A program made the translations under genes and the position numbers. From assembly GCA_951406725.2 (NCBI GenBank), contig OX597817.1, positions 156,860,001-156,924,000 on the forward strand: a DNA stretch of 64,000 nt, in the 5' to 3' direction. Source of the DNA: Octopus vulgaris (Eukaryota). Shown one piece after another: positions 23,056 through 36,280 of the stretch (position 1 is its first letter; every line of letters begins with the position of its first letter). Below the pieces are notes generated by a model. That model searched no databases. It was not told the origin of the DNA and worked only from the letters and a program-made list of their open reading frames with translations.

Positions 23056-23867
23056 TTACAAATACAAGGTGTATGCTGCTGCTGCTGCTGAGCATTACCG
23101 TCTCGAGTCCTCTGGTCGACTACTCTGTTTCCATCACTGAACATAACATTCGTTTCGCGTATTTTCGTTGCTCTCGTCATTATTTGGTGGCGGGCACTTA
23201 TATTGAGTGAAAAACAACTTCATCTCGATAAACCAACATCACTCGTCCATCATTCTAAACTTAAAAACATCCCGGTTTTTTTTTCTAGTGTTGAAAGTAA
23301 GATTTAAGAGAACGTTTTTGGGCATCAATTATGACAAGCCTCATGACCACATGGATACACTTTCGTTGGCTTCTTTGTATGCAGCGGTTTCATTAATGGC
23401 ATTTATGGCTGCGGTCGTAGGCACTGACTCAAGAAGCAATTTGCTTAGGGGGTGCAAACCCAGACCCAAATTGTTTTTACAAACAAGATCTTATAGTTTT
23501 TATCTAATTTTGTTCCCTATTGCATGTTTCCTGCCTACGATTATGGGCCCAGGAACAGGGGGTGCACTTGCACCCCCTAAAATTTTGGTGACGGGGTACA
23601 AAATCAAAATTTGTATCGCTACTTATTTTTCTCAGGTTTAGAAAACTGCGCAAAAAGTGATTTGTAAAAAGTAGCTTGAAGTTAGGTTTCTTCTCAAAGA
23701 CCACCAACTAAGTCTATTGTTCTCAGTGATATATCTATCCTTCTGGATAGTTATATAAGCCAGCACACCCCAAGCAAAAATCAGTTCGTCACAGCCGTGA
23801 CGACTCAACGGAGTTAGTCACCAGTCGGTGACAAACTCAGTGAGAACGTAGTATGTATGTATGTATG

Positions 23868-23898
<31 letters not shown>

Positions 23899-24602
23899 GT
23901 ACGTACGTACGTACGTATGTATGTATAATGTTACCAAAACCATACCCAAAAGACTAGATGACGATTTAAAGACAGAGGATATTGAACAATTGCTATAGCT
24001 CAAGTGTAATTCACATGAGATGTTTATTTATTTAGATTGATATTGCTGTCACTCGAATAACCAGCCACCGTCCTATCGGTCGTATTCCCTTTCCTGCCTC
24101 TGTTAAGGAAACGTCAATGCGTAGCTGTGACATTCATGCCCGTTTATAAGACATTAAGCAATATAATTGATGTGATACATTTCCAACTGGAATCCAAACC
24201 CAACCAGAAATTCTACTTGTTAGTTTCTTAACCAACACTCTTAAAGTACCCACCTCCCACTAAAATTATACTAATATATATAGCACATTTTATTCTTCCA
24301 TTGTCTCTTGTTTTTGTGTCGCTTTTTCCGACAGAAACAATGAAAGAAGAATGAAAAAAATGACCTCTTTATTTTAGTTAACACCATTTGTTTACAGTTG
24401 AAATTATTACCTAAAAACGTACAATTATGTCAATTTTTTTTTGTTGAATGTACTTACGTTTCACTGAAATAATAACATCCTATGCACCACAAGAATAGCA
24501 AAGCAGGCTGTTAATAAACACATTATACTATTTGTCTAAGAAAAAGAAATATGAGGTTACACTTTAGAATAATTTTTCCTTATAATCTCTGACATTTGGG
24601 AA

Positions 24603-25793
24603 ATGAGAAAAATACTCTCATTTTCACTGAAAATCACAAAGCAGACGACATGAAATGACGGGGTCGAGGTCATGAGAAAAATACTCTCACTTTCACTGAA
24701 AATCACAAAGCAGACGACATGAAATGACAGGGTCCAGGTCATGAGAAAAATACTCTCACTTTCACTGAAAATCACAAAGCAGACGACATGAAATGACGGG
24801 GTCCAGGTCATGAGAAAAATACTCGCACTTTCACTGAAAATCACAAAGCAGACGACATGAAATGACAGGGTCCAGGTCATGAGAAAAATACTCTCACTTT
24901 CACTGAAAATCACAAAGCAGACGACATAAAATGACAGGGTCCAGGTCATGAGAAAAATACTCTCACTTTTACTGAAAATCACAAAGCAGACGACATGAAA
25001 TGACGGGGTCGAGGTCATGAGAAAAATACTCTCACTTTCACTGAAAATCACAAAGCAGACGACATGAAATGACGCGGTCGAGGTCATGAGAAAAATACTC
25101 TCACTTTCACTGAAAATCACAAAGCAGACGACATGAAATGACGCGGTCGAGGTCATGAGAAAAATACTCTCATTTTCACTGAAAATCACAGAGCAGACGA
25201 CATGAAATGACGGGGTCCAGGTCATGAGAAAAATACTCTCACTTTCACTGAAAATCACAAAGCAGACGACATGAAATGACGGGATTCAGGTCATGAGAAA
25301 AATACTCTCACTTTCACTGAAAATCACAGAGCAGACGACATGAAATGACGGGGTCCAGGTCATGAGAAAAATACTCTCACTTTCACTGAAAATCACAAAG
25401 CAGACGACATGAAATGACGGGGTCCAGGTCATGAGAAAAATACTCTCACTTTCACTGAAAATCACAAAGCAGATGACATGAAATGACGGGGTCCAGGTCA
25501 TGAGAAAAATACTCGCACTTTCACTGAAAATCACAAAGCAGACGACATGAAATGACGGGGTCCAGGTCATGAGAAAAATACTCTCACTTTCACTGAAAAT
25601 CACAAAGCAGACGACATGAAATGACGGGGTCCAGGTCATGAGAAAAATACTCTCACTTTCACTGAAAATCACAAAGCAGACGACATGAAATGACGGGGTC
25701 CAGGTCATGAGAAAAATACTCTCACTTTCACTGAAAATCACAAAGCAGACGACATGAAATGACGGGGTCCAGGTCATGAGAAAAAAAAAAAAA
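24603..25793. repeat. 69-bp minisatellite, 17 full copies, ending in an A-run
   Basis: Unit ATGAGAAAAATACTCTCACTTTCACTGAAAATCACAAAGCAGACGACATGAAATGACGGGGTCCAGGTC; 24603 to 25776 = 17 x 69, no indels. Confidence 0.95.
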
Positions 25794-26296
25794 TGTGAAA
25801 TGCATATATTTTAACGGATGGAGTTGCATGTATGTGTATCTCCAATTATGGGAATCTGTTTAAGTGCATGTGTATTTATGTTTTAGTACAACGTTTTCAT
25901 TTGTGAGAAGGGATGAATAGAGGGGCTGGTAAGACAAAACGAGATACATTGTCATGTTTAATAAAATGAGATAGTTTAAAAGATAATTTAAACTTGTCTA
26001 ATACAGTGTCGAAGATAAAGATGAATTATATGGATGCAAAGTATTATTTCTATCTCGTCACGCGGTTAAAAAAAGGGTGTAAAAAAACCAAATTTGACAC
26101 AGAAAAAACAATTTTACAAATATTTTTTGAATGTGGGTTTGTGGGTTGGTATTTGTCAATTTGGGAACAACTGCTTAAAGTGTGTGACATCGGGTATTCT
26201 CGTACTTGTACTGCACGCATGCAGAGAGGGAGAGGGAGACACACACGCACACAATAGAGATACAGTTATCATGGTGGTTGTAGCTACTCGTATATA

Positions 26297-27020
26297 CGTT
26301 TCTTTACTACCCACAAGGGGCTAAACATAGAGGGGACAAACAAGGACAGACACACGGATTAAGTCGATTACATCGACACCAGTGCGTAACTGGTACTTAA
26401 TTTATCGACCCCGAAAGGATGAAAGGCAAAGTCGACCTCGGCGGAATTTGAACTCAGAACGTAGCGATGGCCGAAATACCGCGAAGCACTTCGCCCGGCG
26501 TGCTAACGTCTCTGCCAGCTCGCCGCTACTCGTATATATTCTTCTCTACTCTAGGCACAAGGCCCGAAAATTTTGGGGAATGTGTCAGTCGATTAGATCG
26601 ACCCCAGTACGCAACTGGTACTTAATTTATCGACCCCCAAAGGATGAAAGATGAAAGTCAACCTCGGTGGAATTTGAACTCAGAACGTAAAGACAGACGA
26701 GATCCCACTAAGCATCTCGCCCGACGTGCTATCGTTTCTTATTTCTTTATTACCCACTAGGGGCTAAACATAGAGGGGACAAACAACGACAGACAGAAGG
26801 ATTAAGTGGATTACATCGACCCCAGTGCGTAACTGGTACTTAATTTATCGACCCCGAAAGGATGAAAGGCAAAGTCGACCTCGGCGGAATTTGAACTCAG
26901 AACGTAGCGACAGACGAAATACTACTAAGCATTTCGCCCGTTGTGCTAATGTTTCTGCCAGCTCGCCGCCTTATAATGACGCTAAGGACGGCGTGCTAAC
27001 GATTCTGCCAGCTCGCCGCC
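26297..27020 (-). mobile_element. SINE family B cluster (three units plus a head fragment)
   Basis: Reverse-complement family B; TSD-like CTACTCGTATATA at ~26284 and ~26526. Confidence 0.85.
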
Positions 27021-27716
27021 GTATATATTGAATGTGTATATTGCCCGTATATATTGAATGTACGAATGTGTGTAAATATGCATCCAAGTATATGTATAAA
27101 TGTGCACTTACACGTAAGCCTTAAGGTGTTCAGGCCAGGTCCCTGTAAGATGGAAAAATGCATCACTACATCACACAACTATGAAACTTCTCCAACGCCC
27201 AAACTACAACTGATTTCTGGTCCTTTGCAGTATCATAGGTAAGGGATTGGAAGGGGGCAATTCGTCCCGAGCAATGCTTTTACGGGGGCTGCGATTTTGG
27301 ATCTACTGTATTAGCTTGTGTCAGCCTGGGCTCAGGAGCGGCGGTAAATTCAAGGACTGCACCGAGCGGCACACACTCTGTCTAAATCACTAGTTGCTTG
27401 CGAGAAGGATCTCAACCAGTTTTACGGAATCCTCCTGGCTTTCACTTTTCAATCATAGTGGGGTCTTAAGCTATACGTCCATAGAAAAAGCTTTGCATTT
27501 GCCGTCCATTTTGAATCCAACTCCACACGGCACATACTACATAAATCTTTTCCAAGTCAACTCTTTTTCTTTTCATCAGGCTTGTACATATTCACACCAT
27601 GTACGAAAGCTCCTCCAGTTGTTTTTAAACTGCACAAGGCTTCTGGCTCTGAAAATTTCCATTTCATAAACTTCAAACAATGTGCTACAGAGCAAGCTCA
27701 TATCCTCATCAAACTA

Positions 27717-27918
27717 CGAGAGGGTACTGAAAAGTTCCTGACTTTAAGGGTGTCGCGAAAGGCCTGGTTGAGTTCTTTCACAGGGCTTAGAAAGACTGTA
27801 GGACGGTTGCACTAAGTGTGTGAATCTGAGAAGGTAATATGTTGAATAAAATTATAAGTAACTGATCCTCCTGTATTTTCTTTTACCCAAAACTAGGACT
27901 TTTTCAGAACTTCCTATA
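27717..27918. mobile_element. Mariner-type MITE
   Basis: TA|CGAGAGGGTACTGAAAAGTTCCT left end; homologous to 10706-10868. Confidence 0.65.
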
Positions 27919-28724
27919 TATGAACTTTCATATTTTAATAAATTAATAATTTTTATTTCATAATCTCCGCGATACCTAGCACACTCCGACATATTGGTGG
28001 CCCCAACATGATCCAATATAGTGTGGTGTATTGCTTCTGTCGTGGAGATCGTATCGTTGCTGGCCCTTTCTTTTGTTGTTGGAATATAGCTGCGTGTAGA
28101 ATAACTGAAGCAAACTCACGATATTTAGCTGTAATATTCATTGCCGAACATGATATTTACTATGAAAAATATTGGTTTCAAATTTTGACACAAGGCCAGC
28201 GATTCCGAGGAGTTGGGTAAGTCAGTTATATTGACCCAGTGATCAACTAGTACTTTTTTTTTTTTATCGAATCTGAAAAGATGAAAGGCAAAGTCAACAG
28301 GGAGGAGAGAAAACCCGCGCTGTGTTTGTAGGAGATACCTGTAGAACATTGTGTGAATGTTCAGAATCGGCCCGTCTCCTCAAAAGTCTGAAGCCGTCTG
28401 TTTGAGTGCCGGAGTCATCAAGGGCCGAGGTTTGTGAATCAGCTAGCCGCTTTCGACATTCTACCAGGTGAATTAGGTGCCAATAGGTTTATATGGGATG
28501 ACAAGATGATTAATTGTAGAACATCTGAGCAAGCCATATCACACCACTGTGGCTCACTCGTGGTGTCTAACCAGGTATCTAGCAAATGCTACAGTCTGTA
28601 AACGTCTAAGAAATACGAAAGTAAATGGCATTTATTCGAAAGTAAATGGCATCAAATATGGTCAAATTGGTCGATCAATTCAAAAGCTAAAAACCCCTTT
28701 TTATGATATTGTTCAGTTTCTTTA

Positions 28725-28945
28725 AGGTGGCGAGCTGGTAGAATCATTAGCATGCTGGACAAAATGCTTAGCGACATTTCATCCGTCTTTACTTTCTGAG
28801 TTCAAATTCCACCGAGGTTGACTTTGCCTTTCATCTTTTCGGGTTTGATAGAATGGTACCAATTGAGCACTGGGGTCGATGTAATCGACTTACTACACTA
28901 CCATCCTCCAAATTGCTGGCCGAACCCCCCAAATTTGAAATCAAT
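28725..28945 (+). mobile_element. SINE family B, diverged
   Basis: GGTGGCGAGCTGGTAGAATC head; GCCTTTCATC..GATA..GTACC central domain. Confidence 0.75.
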
Positions 28946-29489
28946 ATTTTCAGTTTCATCATTGTTATTGGATGAAAATATTTAAATGGGACATAAAAAA
29001 AGTAAACTTTGAATTGAAAATTAAGTTTTAGCTTTTTTTCAGTACCAACGATTTTAGTATGCTATGAGTCTGCATGACCAAAATAAATCAACCTAATTTT
29101 GCAAAAAGCATTTTTACTCCCTATGATACACATCAGTAAGTATCAAACATCAACGTCATGCCGCCATTTGCACAAACATTCTTTTAATAAAGAGAAACCC
29201 ATTGAACGAAAAAGAGTACCTGTGAAAATTGCTCCCATTTAAATGACAAAACCACCTAATGAAATATTCGACCGACATAATTGTTACGGTCAATGAACGC
29301 AGAGAATACCGAGCTCCTATCAAACTCTGAATTATCTTTTGTGAAATTCTCCTATTCACCATTTTTCGACCAAGGTGACCCCGATAGCAACAATCTTGAT
29401 GAAACCGCCCCAACATTTGCTTCTCAGTTTACCTCCAAACCCCTTTCTGCATATTCAGGAAGATCAGTGGAACACTAGGGGTCGATGTA

Positions 29490-30450
29490 ATCAGGACCCG
29501 GGCAAGGGGAATGACATTAGTAATTTTAGGCCCATAGCTCTGCTAAACACAGAGTTAAAGATTTTGGCCAAAGTGTTAGCCAGGAGAGTGAGGCTTGTCG
29601 TGGGCGACCTGGTGGGAGAGGTGCAGACATGTGCCATCCCAGGCAGGACAATACATGACAACCTTCACCTCATATGCTACACTATTGAACGGGTGGGTAA
29701 AGTTTCTGGCAAAGGTGGGGGCACTGGTGAATTTGGACCAGTCTAAGGCATTCGATAGGGTTGACCATGGTTATCTGGCGGCGGTCCTCCGGGCGGTCGG
29801 ATTGGGCCCGACTTTCCGTGGATGGGTCAATGCTATGTATAGCAACATCGAATCTATCATCCGGGCAAACGGTTTCTTTTCGAAGCCATTCGCGATCGAG
29901 CGTTCAGTTCGCCAGGGCTGCCCCCTATCCCCACTTCTGTATTTGTTGGCTCTTGAGCCCCTGCTGCTGAGGTTGGAGGTCACGGGGGGTGGGGTACTGC
30001 GTGATTTTTGTTACGGTAGGAGAGCGACGGCATATGCGGATGATGTAACCATCATCGTGTCTTATGAAGGGCAGCTGCCTTGTGTAGAAGATGCCATCAA
30101 AAGATACGAAGCGACGGCAGGAGCAAAAATTAACCGAGAAAAATCAGTCGGCTTGCAACTCAGCACCTGGAGGGGCAAGTCGAGGCCTCCCAACAGCGTC
30201 GTGGGACGTTGGACGGAGGGCCCGGTTAAACTGCTTGGAGTCTGGTTTGGTCCAGATCTCCAGTTGGAAAAAAACTGGAGTGAGGTCACGGGCAAGGTGA
30301 CGGCCACAACCCAGACTTGGTCTGGGAGGTCGCTATCCTTGCTAGGAAGGGCGGCGGTTGCGCAGGTGTTTATAGCATCTGTGATAACCTACCACCTAAT
30401 CGTTGTGCCTGTTTGTGGCTGAACAAGTTGGAACGGATCCCTCCTTTGGC
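29490..30450 (+). pseudogene. L1/Tx1-clade reverse transcriptase fragment, frameshifted at ~29720
   Basis: NFRPIALLNTELKILAKVLA, DQSKAFDRVDH, RQGCPLSPLL, AYADD, GAKINREKS and LSLLGR motifs across ORFs 29375-29746 and 29595-30422. Confidence 0.92.
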
Positions 30451-30868
30451 AAGGAAAAGGAGGCGTCATTTTTCTGCGTAGTAGCCATATTGAAAGAAAC
30501 AGTATGGATGACACGTGGAAGAGGAATCGAGGCAGGCAACTTCATATATCTACCACCTATCTAAAAAGATTAGCCTGGAGAAGAGGTAGCTGCCTCGAAG
30601 TACGTTTGTGAAAAGATGGACGAATGTTGTAAGAAAGCTGAGAGCGAATGGCACCGTGCTGATGTAGCCGGTCTAACCAGAAAGGAAAAGTAATAAGTAG
30701 AAAAAGGAAAAAAGAAAATAGGAAAAAAAAAAAAAAACCGGCGGGTCGAACACAAACCCGAAAAAATAATCACAGAAATTTTTTTACGATTCTCGATTTT
30801 ATTATACCATTCGATTTCATTTTTCCGATTTCCATTAAGTCATAACTCCCAAACCTAAATGTTTTGTA

Positions 30869-31216
30869 TCTCTTATGATAAAAGGCAGATTTTATCTGCC
30901 TCCCAAACCGTTTGTTTTTTATACACAACTCCTGACCCAGAGGACGTCATCAACTATCCAATAGAGGTACTTAATTCCTTTGAGCCCCCCGGACTACCAC
31001 CACACATTCTCAAACTTAAAGTTGGTGCCCCTATAATGCTCATTAGAAATTTGGTTCCCCCAAAACAATGCAATGGCACACGTTTGATCGTTAAGTCCTT
31101 ATCTTCCACCGTAAACTTATATCAATATTTGCCTGAACAATCATCATAATTCAGTGCAATCATTAACAGTACTTTCAAGCAATTCAGCCCCGAGCATCGC
31201 CGGGCAATTCTGCTAG
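30869..31216 (+). mobile_element. Internally deleted Helitron with a PIF1-helicase 2B-domain remnant
   Basis: A|TC start; CCCGAGCATCGCCGGGC hairpin; CTAG|T end; encodes YPIEVLNSFEPPGLPPHILKLKVGAPIMLIRNL..CNGTRLIV. Confidence 0.92.
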
Positions 31217-32357
31217 TTGCTTTGTATTATCCCTTCTCTGTATGTCATTCATTGATAAATAAAGAAATAAGTTGGTCACTTTGGTGATAACTCTTGAGTT
31301 GAGAGAGAGAGAGCTAACATCAGTTAGTGAACTGATCACTAGAATCATGGAAGCAAGCAGACAAACGGCCAGAGGGAAAAAGAAACACAAGGTCCCATAC
31401 ACTCTCGCTCTCACTAGCTCTAATTCTGTTCTCTTACAACATCATTCTATCTCTCTCGGTAATTACTACTAAACAATGACGAGAACACAAACACAAACTT
31501 TGAGATTTTATCACCTGCCCGTTGAGGCAAGGTATATTTGATGTAACGGTAAATAAATATATTCTTCACAATTTCAATCACTCTTCTTTCATCTTTACAT
31601 AACGGGAATCAACGAAGAACCAATCCTTACAGATTACATCCATCCTGCTGTGTATCAACTATCGTTAATCATATTATTGTTTACTAATTAATATCACCCG
31701 TTACACACACACACACACACACATACATATATATGTATAAATATATATATCGGCCCGAGGATATAGTAGAAAACACTTGCCCAATGTGCCATGCAGTGGC
31801 ACTGAACCCGAAACTATGTAGCTGGGAAGAAATAAATTTCTTACCACACAGCGATACCTGCTATTTAGAAATCTACTTAAAAGGAATCTTAATACCGTAA
31901 CTACATTATAATTCATTTTAAATAAACGTTTATCGTAATAATTAATTAATCGTTCTTCACTCCTTCATTTCTCCAATACATCTCCTTCAAACATCCTTCA
32001 AACAAGGCCATTGCAGTGGAAATAGAAGAGAGAAGAAATTGCGTATTTGTTAGTAAAATACTTGAGCCTCTGTTGGTGATTGAACTGTTGCCAGTTAGTC
32101 GAATGTTCTTACTTTGCCGCATTAACAATTGTAAATATCAAGGACATTGTGTCTTGTGGTATTTATACACTGGTCTTTACACTCATATAAAGGTACGCAT
32201 GGTTAAGTGGTTAAGCAGCTCGCTTTGCAACCATGTTGCTTCGGGTTCATTTCCACTGTGCAATACTTTGGGCAAATGTTTTCTACTACAGGCCCGGACT
32301 GGGCATTGCCTTGTGAGTGAATTTGGTTGAAAGACACAGTTTGGGAGCCCGTCATAT

Positions 32358-32393
<36 letters not shown>

Positions 32394-32407
32394 TTATGTG
32401 TATATAT

Positions 32408-32441
<34 letters not shown>

Positions 32442-33189
32442 GCTACACTACTTTCTTTTGAGGCAAAATGGAGTCGGTGTACTGTTCTGCGCATATTAAA
32501 GATCGTGGGACTGTGCTTTGAAAGCGATTTGGTCGCTATTTCTCATAGGTTAAAGGACAACGTAGATACTTCGTCGTCGGTCGTGAAAGAAAGATATTTT
32601 AATGAAATAACCCATTTGTGTTAGGGATAATTGATATAGACATAAAAAAAAATCATAGTTACTCATGTAAGGATAGTTCTTTCACGGCATTCTATGGCTT
32701 GTCACAGAGATGGATTGGTCTCCATTGTAGCCGTGGTATTTGATGAATTAGGTTGACTGCGTATGTTGTAAACAAGAACAAAACCCACATTTCTGATTTT
32801 GCTTGTGGGTTCGAATCTCAGGGAGTGAAATAACGTACCTTTAACTGGGTTTCCTCTGCCATTAATTACCTTGGAGCAAGCGTCCATTGAATCTTGCTGA
32901 AGCTCTACTCAGGTCTGGTTTGCTCGTGGAGAAAGGTGAGATGTAAGTTCCCTTGCTGCTCTCAACTTCTAAGATTTTTAATGCCAAACTGCTTATAGCT
33001 AGAGAAAAAAGCGCGAATCTCAAGATGATGTTCTGACTTTGTGGCGTGATCTGCGATCGATTGGTCGATAAACAGAACTTGCAGCACGGATAATTGCATG
33101 CTTCACTTGTGGTAGTACACTGATAAACTTAACGAAAGAGATTCGAATACTCGCTACAGGCTCTACCGCATGAACACTGAACAAGAGAT

Positions 33190-33612
33190 GGATATTTTCA
33201 GTTTGACCGGCAGTTTTTTCTAGTTGTGTCATATGAAATTATCATCCATAATTATGACCCTAGTATCGATCTATTGCATTTCAATCTGTTTTAGGGTTAG
33301 GGTTAGAGTTAGGGGTGGGGGAAGGATATCTTTTTTTCTTCACAAATGTAAATAAACCCAATCTGTTTCTTAAACGAGGGACATATTCATACGGCACAGA
33401 ATGTTTTCACCTCAATAGACGTCATTGATTGGTTGAAATTGCAGAAATTGAAGAAAAAAACCCAACAAATATCTTACAAAGTATAGAATTTTCTCAAGAA
33501 AGCCAAGAGAAAAAGATGTTTTATAAACACATTCTACCAGTATACGAAGTTTAAAAGTGTTTAGTTACGTGAAAATTATTTTTAAAAACTGCCGGTCAAA
33601 CCGAAAAGATCC
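33190..33612. mobile_element. Merlin-like MITE (TTAGGG-carrying family)
   Basis: GGAT TIRs; perfect 8-bp TSD CAAGAGAT. Confidence 0.9.
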
Positions 33613-34042
33613 CAAGAGATTTTAAAGAAGCCTAATCTTTTTATGCAGCAACACTCTACAAAGCAGCTACTGTATGGTATTTTCCCAACTATAACCTCGG
33701 TAATCAGAGAAAGAAGAATACGTTTTGCTGGATACTGCTGGCGGAGCAAGGAAGATCAGGACATCTGGCGTGGAAGAGATATACTGATTCGGGCAAGTCG
33801 CCCGGCCGGATAGGATAGTTCTTTCATAACACGAAATAATTCAGTTTTAAGAACAAGGGAATGTCAATGTGGTTGCTTGACCTTCATGAAATAGCCGTCA
33901 AATCTTCCTCAAATCCTCCACTCAAACATCTTTAAAAGGCTGAAAGTAGGATAACATAGGTGATTTTCGGTTTGATCACATTTTATTATATGTCCTCTCG
34001 ATCAGAGGTAATCTGATGCTAAATAACGATTTTTTACTAAAA

Positions 34043-34429
34043 CTAGCAGTATCACCCGGCATTGCTCGGGTTTGTTTTGACCCTTTAGAATTAGAATTTT
34101 TGAAAAGTAAAAATTTTGCATTATGTAGTTTGTTATTCTCTTTAAGTGAACATTTTTCTGGTTGAAATACACCGAAAAATGGCGACACAGCAGTCAAAAA
34201 ATCGTAAAAAAATAGGGATTTTCATAGAAAAAAAGCACCTTTTTGAAGTAAATAAATTTTGGTGTTAACATGGTCCGATTTGAATTTTTTTCTTCTACGG
34301 AAGAGCAAGCCTTCTATTAAACTCTCATTTTTAGTCAACTTGCGTCGCAGGGTCTCGGAGGAGATAGTGTTATTTGAAGGCAACCAAACCTGCCATACAC
34401 AGACAACTTCAGCTTTATATATATAGAGA
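34043..34429 (-). mobile_element. Non-autonomous Helitron, distinct internal sequence
   Basis: Minus strand A|TCTCTATATATAT...CCCGAGCAATGCCGGGTGATACTGCTAG|T. Confidence 0.85.
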
Positions 34430-34897
34430 TATAACTGGTTTTTTTTTTAGAATGTTATCCCACAAGACTTATATCCTCTATACAAATGAATGTTAGAATT
34501 ACAACATTCTTAAATTTGTGAGTGTATAAGTGGCAGATAAAGAACTACCATGATCTACTTTTCTTTTTAATTTTAATAATTTAGTTTATTATGATAAAAC
34601 TGCATCCGTGATCTTCGGAGGTCCTTCTGAACTAGTGAGATCGACACATTGTTGATAACCCTGGATATTTGTCAGATTGCTATCGACAGGAAAATATAGG
34701 CAAAGAGAATAATACAATGATTATATACCGAGTGAATCGACGATACAAGTTAAACAGATAGTAATTCAAAGAAAGTAAATGTAATAGATTTTGATTTACA
34801 AGATTGATCAAGGTAAATTTTACATGAAAATATTTGCGAGAATATAACACAGATATTTTTGTGCTTTCCAATTTCAGTTGTATAATCTGACGTAGAA

Positions 34898-34942
<45 letters not shown>

Positions 34943-34944
<2 letters not shown>

Positions 34945-35140
34945 ATCCAAACAAGAAAACACAAAAAAACACAGCAACGCGAGGACGTGGAACAAATAAA
35001 GTATTATTGGACGCTCAGGAAAGAAGGGAAGAAGGAGGGTTCAACGTTTCGAGCTGAGCTCTTCGTCGGAAACAAAGGAGAAGGAAAGATCCCGAGAAGG
35101 GAAGACAGAGGAAAAAAAATTGCTGGCGGTGCTCACGAGG

Positions 35141-35222
<82 letters not shown>

Positions 35223-35422
35223 CGCCATGAAGATCGTTAGCCACTACACACATTTTTTTCTTTCCTTGTTTCTCTCTTTGTTTTTTCTGTGTCCCTTTCT
35301 GTAGAAGAGCGTAGGTTCGAAATGTAAAAGACTTTTTCTGTTCCTGAGCATTATACTAATACATCTGTTTGTTTTGTACACCACCTGTCTTCGACTTTTG
35401 TTTTTTTTCGTAAACTCTCCCT
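34943..35422. mobile_element. Two oppositely oriented Penelope-like cassettes with minimal hammerhead-like motifs around a (TA)n tract
   Basis: Minus 35039-35073 GTTT-CCGACGA-A-GAGC-TCA-GCTC-GAAAC-GTT-GAAC; plus 35295-35330 CTTT-CTGTAGA-A-GAGC-GTAG-GTTC-GAAAT-GTA-AAAG; both are followed by TTCCTGAGC..TAATAC. Confidence 0.55.
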
Positions 35423-35617
35423 ACACACACACACACACACACACACACATATTTATATATTCTTGTTTTACAAACTAAATAGATCAATGTTTTGTAGACT
35501 TAGATGCGTACATGCAGATAAAAGACTATCACAAAATATGTACCTGTATTTAAACCGACAGAGATTATTTTGTAGAGGCACGAGCTAAGCTAACGTCTAA
35601 CAAGATGAGAAAGAAAA

Positions 35618-35677
<60 letters not shown>

Positions 35678-35866
35678 GATAAGATAGTTTATCATTTCTA
35701 CCGGTAACCGCCAAGGGAACCAAACAGGCAAGATTTACTCCTGTTAAAACAACCAAAAGGCAACTCAATAGATTACTAGTTTTTGATTGACCAAAAGTTT
35801 TGCCTAGCTAAAATAACATACGAGGCAAAATTGATATTCAGTTGCCGTCTATATGAGGATAGATTA

Positions 35867-36280
35867 AGGCGGCGAGCTGGCAGAAACGTTAGCACGCCGG
35901 GCGAAATACCTAGCCGTATTTCGTCTGTCGTTACGCTGTGAGTTCAAATTCCACCGAGGTCGACTTTGCCTTTCATCCTTTCGGGGTCGATAAATTAAGT
36001 ACCAGTTACGCACTGGGGTCGATGCAATCGACTTAATACCTATGTCTGTCCTTGTTTGTCCTCTCTGTGTTTAGCACCTTGCAGGTAGTAAAGAAATAGG
36101 TATTTCGCCTGTCGTTACGTTCTGAGTTTAAATTCCGCCGAGGTCGACTTTGTCTTTCATCCTTTCGGGGTCGATAAATAAAGTACCAGTTTCGCACTGG
36201 GGTCGAAGTAATCGACTTAATCCCTTTGTCCCCTTGTTTGTCCCCTCCACGTTTAGCCCCTTGAGGATAGTAAAGAAATA
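35867..36280 (+). mobile_element. SINE family B dimer
   Basis: Full unit, then restart at AAAGAAATA|GGTATTTCG (~36099). Confidence 0.85.

Noticed and set aside
24603-25793. CRISPR-like array or 23-aa repeat protein
   Set aside because: Units are contiguous with no unique spacers, there are no cas genes, and the context is eukaryotic; the ORF results from a unit length divisible by 3 and contains a stop.
30859-31149. Host PIF1 helicase exon
   Set aside because: Enclosed by Helitron TC and hairpin-CTAG termini.
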